Positions 22,068 to 31,494 of a stretch of 32,000 nucleotides of DNA are shown here, piece by piece. The stretch lies in the NCBI GenBank assembly GCA_004563595.2, contig CP042461.1, positions 1,110,001 through 1,142,000 on the forward strand, given 5' to 3'. This DNA comes from Candidatus Saccharimonadota bacterium. GTDB lineage: Bacteria > Patescibacteriota > Gracilibacteria > BD1-5 > UBA6164. Position 1 is the stretch's first letter; each line of letters begins with the position of its first letter. The notes below the pieces were generated by a model. The model did not search any database. It had not been told where the DNA came from and worked only from the letters and a program-made list of their open reading frames with translations. The translations under genes were made by a program, and so were the position numbers.

Positions 22068-23384
22068 ATGCAATATTTTTTGTACTTACTTACTATTCCC
22101 TTTTTATATTTTAACTTTAAAATTGTTCTTTCTGATCTTAAATTTAAGATCATTCCAAATAAATACTTAGCAAAAATACTCTATATGCTCCCTATATGGT
22201 ATGCGTATTTAATCCTATGATGAACAATTATAGTCTCAGATGTATGGTTCATTATCCTACAAATATTTCTATCTTTCATTATTTCATTTTGACTATATGC
22301 TTATGGTATATGGTCAGCTTGAGATGCAAAATACTTATTAGTATTATCGCTATTTATCCCTCATGTATGAACTCTTACATTTATATGAAACATTGCATTG
22401 TTAACTCTTACATATTTATTGTTATACTTTATTTACTTTTATATATGAAAATGTATACTTCAATCCACATATAGAAAAAGTTTATATTGAAATATTTTTA
22501 ATGACATTAAAGAAATATTTCAATATAAACTTCAGAATAAAACCTCAGAAAATTATAAACAAAAAATCATATATAAAATATCTTTATGAGTGATAAATTT
22601 TTTCGTTATTTTTATCATTTTTAGGCTCTTAAGAATTGCAACATTAAACTGGCTCTATAGTTCATGAACTGATTTTAGCATCATTTCAACAACTGTTTCT
22701 CAGCACAGCACCTTGGTAGTTTTACTTTTGATAATTATTGTATTATGAGCCTTCTATGTAACTAAGAAGATAATGTATTTTTTCAAAAGAATCTTACATG
22801 ACTTTTTTTGAACACAAAGTAAGTATCTCTATAATTGAGTCCTACTACTCAGTTTATCATGTTATATGCTATATGAATATGCATATCATCCCCTAGAAAT
22901 TACCCAGAGTATTACCCTTATTTTTACTGTTTATTTATCTATTTACCTATTTATTATCATACTCAAGTATGCCTCTAAGATTACTTTTCAATTATGAGAA
23001 GAAAAAAGTATTCAAGTAAGGTCCCTAAAGAAATGAGATATTATTGATAAAGTATATCTAAAAAATGTGATAAATAATGTAAATCACAAAAATAAAAAAA
23101 CGGTCGATAACTATAAAGAGGCTCTCAATATCATAAATAATTCCAGCTATCAACTCACCGTCGATGATGTAAAAAAAATACAATCTATTATTAAACAAAT
23201 AAATACAGATTGTAGTACTGATCGCATAATGGCATCTTGATTTCAGTCCATCAATAACATAAAAGTTATGAATACTTTTTCTTTTTGATGATATATCTGG
23301 TCTGGTTTTATGTTGAGTGTCTTCTTATGAAGTTATTTCTCAGAAAAAATAGTACTCTCCTTACAACACATGTTCAGAATATAA
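22068..23384 (+). CDS. A24-family (prepilin/preflagellin peptidase-like) membrane aspartic peptidase with a long C-terminal extension
   Basis: 438 aa. MQYFLYLLTIPFLYFNFKIVLSDLKFKIIPN supplies the first catalytic-Asp context. GLYAYGIWSAGDAKYLLVLSLF supplies the GxGD-type second Asp (the G preceding D is TGA). Several further hydrophobic segments and a ~110-aa soluble stretch follow (KKGDIIDKVYLKNV...). It is the only plus-strand gene in the right half. An alternative TTG start exists at 22038. Confidence 0.6.
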
Positions 23385-23406
23385 AAAAATTTTATTTGAC
23401 CTATTT

Positions 23407-24135
23407 TTAACTTTTAGATGTAATATCTCGTGACTGTAGTATGTATATAGTCCCCCCTCTTACTGTGAATTCAATATCTTGTGCTTTGTCTAATATTCAT
23501 TCAATTTCCCTACATTTTTTATATAATAAATCACTAAAATTAATAAGAATATCTTCTTCAAAAAATAATGATTCAAATCTCGTACTTTGCTTCTTCTTCT
23601 CGCTTACTCATAGATAATTTTCTCCTCCATAAAAACTGTAAATTTTAAGTTTTGTTGTCTCTCTGTCAATTCCGAAACAAAATGGTTTTTTAATCTCTCA
23701 CTGTACTAGGGGTTCATTTATTCCTGGTATGATCTCAAAATAACACTCATTATTATGATGTTTTGTGAAACATACACCACTAAAATCTCCCACAATAAAT
23801 TCTTGTAAAATATATTTCTTTTCAAGCTTTCATATATCAAGGTTATGTAAATCTTTATAATGAGTATATTTTTCTGTTGTTTGTTCCTCACATATATTTA
23901 CCGCATATTTTAAATCTGCGTGAGTGTAAATTGGTGCATACGATTCAAATATTCATGCGAATGCATGACTACTACTATCTTCACATGAAAAAGAAGATCT
24001 AAGAATGAAAGGAGGGTCTAATTGAAGAGTAGAAATATCATGTATATCACTATATGTCTTACGTACAATAAAAGATGGAACATTAAAATTACTTTCCAGT
24101 AATAATTTCAGATTATCAGCTTTTGCTCAATGCAT
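23407..24135 (-). CDS. PEP/pyruvate-binding ATP-grasp domain protein (PPDK_N, PF01326-like), stand-alone
   Basis: 242 aa. MHGAKADNLKLL..NVPSFIV, FILRSSFSCEDSSSHAFAGIFESY, LQEFIVGDFSGVCFTKHH...IIPGINEPLVQGEIKKP, DIEFTVRGGTIYILQSRDIT. All four blocks of the PpsA/PPDK/rifampicin-phosphotransferase nucleotide-binding domain are present. Confidence 0.75.
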
Positions 24136-24140
24136 AAAAT

Positions 24141-25145
24141 TTATTTAATATTAATTTTCTTAGATACCGTATTAATTTCTAGAGTATCATCATTTTGACA
24201 AGAAAAAAATATACCTTCTGCTCCCAGCATTAAAGGAATTCATAACTCTCTACATGTAATTGCTGCATGGGATAATTCTGAACGAGTTTCAACACATATA
24301 CATTGTGCATTATAAAATGCCCTCAAAAATTCTGGATTTGTATTTTCTGCGACCATAATACTTCATTTATTTAAATCACTGGCAGATTCAACATTATAGA
24401 CTTTATGCACTTTTCATTCATAGCTATCTTGTTGTATTGAAATATTTATATCGTAACTTATACTCCTCCTCTGCGTTTTTTGAGAATCAAAATATTGTTC
24501 TATGCTAGAATATCACATGTTCAATATTTCTTGATAGAACTGAATTGCTCTTTTAAATTTAACAGCTTGAAAACGAAAAAAGTATTTTTCAAGTATGCTC
24601 TGGTATTTAAATGTTTTTTGCTGAAGATTTTTAACAATAGAAATATATTTAAGATATTCTGAAGTATAAAAATTATAATTCTCTTGAATATCACTTACAT
24701 CACAGTTAATCATATTAATAATTTCAGCTGATCAGAGCACATAATCATTATCACGTATTTTTTGAAATGAATATTCTTTTTCAAAATCAAGAGAAAGAGG
24801 TAATCATTCTACCATGATATGTTCATTTTTGAGCTCGTTATAGTGTTTTTGAGAACAAATAAATATATCAATTTCAAAACTTTTGTTCAATAATTTTTCA
24901 TACTGACATTGTAATAATCAATGTTTTTTAGATGGGTAAAATGCTCCTAAATCACATCAAATTGAAATAGGTATGTATATTTTAATAGATGATAAATCAA
25001 TATGTAATATATCAGTCAATCTCTTGCTGACCAATACTGGTAATAATCTATTATCTAATAAGATTCCCTGTCACTGAAAAAAATCATGCTGTAATAATGC
25101 AATAATTTCTTGTATTTGTTCTTTTAAACTAAGACTATGTTTCAT
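24141..25145 (-). CDS. PEP-utilising-enzyme mobile (swivel phospho-His) domain protein with an uncharacterised ~230-aa N-terminal domain
   Basis: 334 aa. The C-terminus reads KGSIMVAENTNPEFLRAFYNAQCICVETRSELSHAAITCRELGIPLMLGAEG, matching the PF00391 pattern G.ilV....P......a.aivt..G...SHaAI.aRElGIP. Its stop is 5 nt before the ATG of the ATG-grasp... of the ATP-grasp gene. Confidence 0.7.
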
Positions 25146-25147
25146 AT

Positions 25148-27046
25148 CTATTTTATAGGATTTAATTCACTATCTCAAAGTTTATCATAATAAGTAGTCC
25201 AAATTCATTCACACTTATCATACAGTTTACATCATTCACATTTTTTTGTTCTGACTCTTCATGTATTTTTTCTTCACTCTACAACATCATCGTTATAAAA
25301 ATCTGGTGCACTATGGGTCACATTTGTATATATATCAATCTCTTTTAATTCTGAAATATTATCTTCTAAGTAATCTTCAAAGTGGCATAAAGGAACATAT
25401 CTTACTCGATAGATCATACCATTTGCATTTCCCCAATCGAGAAGTTCTCTCATATGTGGTGAAGCTTCTGATATTTTTGGCATAAGTTCTTCAAAATTAT
25501 CATGAACCCCTCACACATTTGGATCAGCAAATATAAATTCAGAACTTCAAAAGCACTTAAGTTTTTTTACAAATTTTCAAATTCAAAGTACATTATCAAA
25601 ATTTCACTTCTCAATTGCTGTATTGGTACCAATGCTTTCATTTGGAAATCATAATTCTTGCCAGATTTGAATTCATTTTATGAGTTTATCAAACGCTCCT
25701 GGAACTGCTACTAACTTATCATGTAATTCTGCATTATCGGCATGAATCGAAAATACTACGCTATCAAGAATATCCATATCATAAAGTTTTTGAGAAAACT
25801 CACGGTCAGAAAATTTCAATCAGTTTGTTACCAAATATACATGACGAAAATGAAGAGATTTAATAAATTTCATGATCACAAAAAAATCTTTTCTGATAGT
25901 GACTTCTCATCATATAATCTCCAATATTTCAGTTCCATTTTGCTTTGCAATTAATATGTCTTTTAGGACTTCTTTCGTCGTTCTATTTATATTACGTTTA
26001 TTTAAATCTATACAGAACCTACACACAATATTACATCCATATCATACAAAAATAACCGTTTTTTTTCATGCAAAACTATCTTTTACATCTTCAATTGGTT
26101 TAAATCTAAAATTGTCAGTGTTTTCAATAATTTTTAATTTATCAATATCTTTTTTATAAAATGGCTGTATTTCTTCTTTTCAATTAAATTCACAATAGGT
26201 CTCGTGAATTCACATACAATACTTTGATAACTTACATGTACTACACTTCCCTGTAAAAGTGATTTCATGACTTGGAAGTGTTCTCCACATGTACTTCCAT
26301 AGTTTTTTTTCTTTTATGGTACACAGCGGAAAATGATACAATTTAAATTTATCTACTCAAAACTTTTCTCAATATTCCAAAAAAACCTTCTCATTTACTC
26401 ACATAACCTGAGTATAATTCATTTTTGTGAGTTTGATATTATCAATTGCTTGTCATTCAAACTCCATCATAATCGTAACAACACTATCAACCTGAGGAAA
26501 ATATTTATATATCAGTTCATACATTTTATCTAAAAACTTATAGTTTTGTCATTGAATAATAAGTCTTAATTCAAGAGTTTGATTATTAAATTTTTTATAT
26601 TTAAGGGCATTATGGATTCACTTCAATAGTTCTTCCCATGATCATTTTTTTCTCACAATTGCTTCGTGAGTTTCTTTGTTATAACCATGAATAGGAAATA
26701 CCAAATGATAATTTTCTAGGGTTGCTATTTGTTTCATAAAATCTATATTTGCAAACCTATCTCCATGCGTCAATTGTACCAGTGTTGATTGTGGAAATTT
26801 TTCTCTTATATATTGAAGTATTTTAAAATAATCTGGGTTCAAAGTTGGTTCACCTCATGTAATAGTCCAGTCATCTTTTAAATCAGGGAATCTATGAAAA
26901 TTTCTATCGTCACCTGATAAAAACCCATCAATTCTTGTTTTGATGGCCTCATAATGATAATCTTTTAATGTATATTTATAGTCAGCATCGTTTGAACACA
27001 TAGTACATTTGTGATCACAAGCTGGCCATAAGGCAATATCTGGCAT
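25148..27046 (-). CDS. Fused double radical SAM protein (two complete radical SAM modules in one 632-aa ORF)
   Basis: Module 1: WPACDHKCTMC (CX3CX2C, 26996-27019), ITGGEPTL, and the C-terminal Cys motif FPLC...GKCSTCKLSKYCMGIHETYC. Module 2: GYGCNIVCRFC (26012-26035), EIIGGEVT (GG is TGA TGA), YVPLCHF...KKCEGCKLYDKCEGIWTTYYDKLGDSELNPIK*. I hand-scanned every codion... every codon between the modules and found no TAA/TAG. The stop lies 2 nt before the next ATG. Confidence 0.75.
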
Positions 27047-27051
27047 ATTCT

Positions 27052-27570
27052 TTAGGTTAATTCATTAATAAGCCATTTAAAGAGAGGAAAATGCTCTCAC
27101 TTAAATGTATATAATTCAGAACATTCATAAGTAAAGTAAAGAAAATAATCTACTATATTATCTGTTTCAATTACTCATTTTTGTCATTCTCATATTTTCT
27201 TTCCATTTGAAGTATCTATTATCTTATTCAGAAAAACTTCATTTTTTCAAAAATCAAAGTAATCCTTATATCACTTGATAAACTGAATATCTGTATCAAA
27301 ATGAGAAAAACTTATCTTATACATTTCTTTTCTAAATCGAAATGTATATCAATTATCGAATTGAACCTCTCAGAGAAGATAAAAATAATAAAAAAGTAGC
27401 TTTTTCACTTCTTGAACCTCATTAATGTTAAAATCATTACAAGCTAATGTAGATTTTAAATAGTATAAAAGTTCGAACTGTCATATATTTTCTGTCTTAT
27501 AGGGGTTTGTTAGTCAGATAACTTCCTTGTATTGCTGGTTATCAAACAGCCTTAATATTTTATCGTTCAT
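27052..27570 (-). CDS. Hypothetical protein (172 aa)
   Basis: MNDKILRLFDNQQYKEVIGLTNPYKTENIGQFELLYYLKSTLA...FKGEHFPLFKWLINELT*. ATG at 27570 lies one codon after an in-frame TAG. The stop is 5 nt before the double radical SAM ATG. No family recognised. Confidence 0.5.
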
Positions 27571-27647
27571 ATCCTATATTAGTATCATAATTTTTCATTC
27601 ATAGCAATTATATACAAATCTATATCATTCCCAAAAATAAAACTCAT

Positions 27648-28829
27648 TTATCTCACCTTTCACTCATCTATGTATAGCAAATAATTATAGCACAATTTCT
27701 CAATATTCATTAAGCCTTGGAATGCTTTACTTTCTCAAATATGATGCTCTCGATATAAAAAGGCTAAAGAAAACATAATCTCATCTGTTTCATCATTAAT
27801 ATATTTTCCATAATAGTTTAAAAAATCTTTCTTCGAGTTAGAAAAAAGAACATCTGACTTCAGATTACTTTCTAGAGAGAGGATTTGCATATTTTCATGA
27901 AAATTTAATTCAGAAAATTCATTGAAAAATTTTTGAACACTCTGTTTCAAGTATATGTAAAAATTTTCATAATCTCATAAAATGAGATTATTCTCTGCTA
28001 AAGTTTTATAAAATTTAAAATCATTTTTATTATTTATTTCTGCATCATGCAAAATTGTCATTAAAATATCTTGTGACTCATCATACTTTCATATCTTCTT
28101 TAAAGCTGCGGCTTTTCAAATAAATGGCTCAGGCTGACGATACTTATAATATGTTTCATTTAAAATAATAGATCCATTGAATAATGATATTGCTTTTTTT
28201 TGATCTCATAATGCAAGATAAATATATCCGAGCCGACTATATATAAAAGTAGGGATTTCAGAATGAGTATATCTTTTTTCAAGAATTTTTACGGCCTTAA
28301 TACAATACTTTTTCGCTGCACTCAGATACTTCTTATCTTTGTGCATTCTATATAATCGAGTTCCTAAAAAACGGGAGTATGCACAAAGCACATAAGGATT
28401 ATCAGTGTTGCATTCTAATAATTGTCTAAAAATTTCATTCATCTCTCGGCTTCATTTATTGTCATAGTATCGTACATACGCAGCGAGTGCATAGAAATTA
28501 TATTTATTTTCTTTCAATAATTCATCAACATTCTCTCATTGCTTCTGAGACATAAAGCATGGGTCAAGAATAGACTCATTTAAAAATAAAAAAATGTACC
28601 TCTTATCATATCAAAGAATAGACTCTCTACATTCACTAAAACCAATATCTAAATCCTGACGAGTATCTATATTCTTAAAATAAAAATATGGTCGTTGAAA
28701 CTTTTCTCTGCCTTTTAAATATCCCTTATATCAATGGTAATAAGCAAAATAATCTAAAAAAACCTCAAAGTCTTCTTTGTTCTTGAATTCTACCATACGC
28801 TCATATATATTATCAATAAATACACTCAT
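27648..28829 (-). CDS. TPR-like repeat protein
   Basis: 393 aa. TPR-like helical repeats, for example NPYVLCAYSRFLG, IYSRLGYIYLALGDQKKAISLFNGSI, FIGKAAALKKIGKYDESQDILMTIL. The first ATG at 28829 overlaps the upstream radical SAM ORF by 20 nt; an alternative ATG is at 28796. TAA stop at 27648-27650. Confidence 0.6.
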
Positions 28830-29679
28830 AGCAGCTTGAAAATAAGTCTCTTTTAGAATTAATTTCTTCTAATCTATTATAATAACGATCAAAATCTTTC
28901 TTTATTTTTTCATCGCTATCATACACATTTAACATATTTCTATTTTTTGATAAATAACATATATTCGTATGCATTGTTAAATCTCAATTTAACATAATAT
29001 TTATCTCATTCTCATCGTGAGTAAATGTCCCCAACTCATCTTTATATTTCATAAAGTAATAATACTTACAATTATCAGTTCATAACCTTGTAGAAACGAA
29101 TTTTTTACTATCATGAATGGGATATGGGTGTTTTCAAAATACTAAGTCTACGTTTTTAAACTTTTGTCATAGATAATATAAAAATTTAAATTCTGAGTTC
29201 TCAATGCTATATCTCACACTAAAAGGAGAAAAATAATTATGAGTATTGAGAAAATGGAATACTTTTACCCAATCTTTTTTATACTTTGTTACATTCATTT
29301 CATTTATATTTGAAACAAATGTATACTCAATGTTATAGATATTTTTTATTTCAACTAAATTTTCAAGGTACTCTTTATTATATGGGACAAGTCAAGATAC
29401 TTGAATAATAATCTTTAAATTTGGCTGAAATGAATGTACATACGTAATAAGATCAATAATATGCTTATTTGCAAACATATTACTTCAAAAAAAGGTAAAT
29501 CACTGTAAATAATCTCAGTCTACAATCAAAAAGGTTTTTCTAATTGACTCCTTGAGTTGAAGAATTTCTTCATCAGAATAAATACTCATTTCCATGACTC
29601 ATTCTTTACATGTATCACACCTCGTTATACATCCATGTCATAACTTAGTTATTAATTTTGGAACTTGGATTTTTAACAT
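28810..29679 (-). CDS. Small radical SAM protein, paralogue A (289 aa)
   Basis: MLKIQVPKLITKLGHGCITRCDTC (CX3CX2C). C-terminal Cys residues: TDNCKYY, LNGDLTMHTNICYL, SSCYECIYG*. The architecture is shared with the next two ORFs. Confidence 0.7.
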
Positions 29680-30613
29680 TATTATAATGGTTTACAAAGT
29701 ATGACTGGCAAAAATTACAAATATTTCAATCCTTTCATTTATTTTTATAATCATTCGACATAGACTCTAATGATTTTTTTAACACTATCGAATTCTCTAT
29801 TAAATCACTCTTTTTACTTTTAATATTTCATATTGAAAGTTCTTTGATTGATGAACAATATGGTCAATGTGGCATTATTTGATTTTCTGAAAAATCAAAC
29901 ATAAGAATATCTAGGTCCTTGCTCTTATCTGATATATAGTTCTTGGAAAGAAAAGAGCACTCCTTTTCTCATGAATATGAAAATAGCTCTGTTGAAAGGT
30001 CAATGTAACTTATAACTTTTGTTCATTCGCCTTCGGTAAAATACAATTTAGTGCCACTATCTAATAGTCATCTTAAAACATTTAAAGTTTTGTTTTTATC
30101 TACTCTATTCGAAGAAGAGTTTATTTCTCTATGTAAAATGAGTTTAGATTCTATATTTTTCCTTTTTAATAAATGTAATTTTGCAGGAATATCGTCAGTC
30201 AAAATATCCTCATTTAACCTTACAGATATTCAAAGTTTTATGGAAAAAAAAGGTTGAAAAATATCTATAAATTCTTTCACATCTGCATCGAAAATACCGT
30301 TTATATTTTTTATTTTTGTATATACCAATAGCTCATCTTTTCGCTTTAAAATCTTAAGTTTCATCAAAGTATAAATATATTTTTTAATGAAAGCTATGTT
30401 CGTTACAAAGTCTCAACACTGATTTAATGAAAGTGAATTATATGTAAGGTTATTTTTTTTTGCAAAATAAGAAAATTTCACCAAAAATTTGAGGTCTATT
30501 TTGCTTAATATTTCCTCGTTTCTGTTTGAGCTTATACAACTATAACATCATCTCGAACAATTATAATTATTAGGTATCGGATTCAAAACGAATCAATCAA
30601 TATTTATTTTCAT
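29645..30613 (-). CDS. Small radical SAM protein, paralogue B (322 aa)
   Basis: MKINIDGFVLNPIPNNYNCSRGCYSC (CX3CX2C; the G inside the motif is TGA). C-terminal Cys residues: ENQIMPHGPYCSS, GNICNFCQSY. The 3' end overlaps paralogue A by 35 nt in a different frame. Confidence 0.7.
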
Positions 30614-30621
30614 ATGTATGA

Positions 30622-31491
30622 TTATTGATAACTATACTTCCCTTTAATTATACATTTATAACAATTATGTTCAAATGTTTTTTCTTCATTATTCACGCTA
30701 TTAAGATATGATTTAAAGCTATTAAAATCAAATATTCTTTTCTCATTATCAAAAAATATATTTGATATTTTTAAGTCTGCCAAATAACACCTCGGAATAT
30801 GTGGTCTAATATCTCAATTTATAGATATTTCTAGGTCATAATATCAATCAAAGTCTTCAAAAATAATATCATTATTTTTGACTAAGAATGAGTTATGATA
30901 TTTGCAAAGTACATCTTCACTTGTTACAATTTCGTTATCATTATCAATCTGTAGTGCCTCAGAAATACTTAATTTCAATTGTTTATACCTTGTTAATAAT
31001 CGAAAATTTTTACTTTCTATTAACTCTATTTTTTTCTTATAATATATTTGAAATGAAATATTATCAATATAATCCTCCAAAAAAAATTCTAATAGCCTTA
31101 CCAATGATTTAAAATTATAAGTATTCAGGTTACTAATTGAAGTAGAAACATAAACTTGTATATTATATTTTTGTAATAAATATGCTAATATTTTATAAGT
31201 TCAAGGTTTATAGATATTTATATCTGAAATTTGAATTGCAATTCATCATTTTGGATCGAATTGATGTATATACAACATCAGCTCATCTATATCGCCGTAC
31301 AGTAATGGATCAACTCAAAAACAAAATATCTCACAGTCATTATTAAAGACTTGAAAAGTAGTTGCAATATTTTTCTTTAATTCAGACATGTCATAATACG
31401 TCTGAGAGGTATAATTATCACTACATCAAGTACATCAAGTATTACAACCTTTTCAAAGTCTGAAAAGGAGCCTTTTTGCTCCATATATCAT
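30622..31491 (-). CDS. Small radical SAM protein, paralogue C (289 aa)
   Basis: MIYGAKRLLFRLGKGCNTGCTGC (CX3CX2C with two TGA Gly inside the motif), CFGVDPLLYGDIDEL (GGEP-like), INGDIRPHIPRCYL, HNCYKCIIKG. ATG at 31491 lies one codon after the upstream gene's TAA. Confidence 0.7.
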
Positions 31492-31494
31492 ATC

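Noticed and set aside
22068-23384. Calling this gene a bona fide type IV prepilin peptidase (pilD)
   Set aside because: Only the two-Asp core is recognisable. There is no N-terminal methyltransferase or zinc region, the C-terminal extension is atypical, and no pilin-like substrate or pilus gene is in the window. I therefore kept it as 'A24-like'.
25148-27046. Reading the double radical SAM as two adjacent genes
   Set aside because: There is no TAA/TAG anywhere in the frame between the two modules. Module 2 has no ATG placed to start it upstream of its CX3CX2C motif, apart from the ATG codons that lie inside module 1.
27571-27647. The 7-codon ORF (MNEKLGY*) in the largest cluster spacer as a precursor peptide
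   Set aside because: It is too short, has no Cys/Ser/Thr-rich core, and is unsupported by any other signal.
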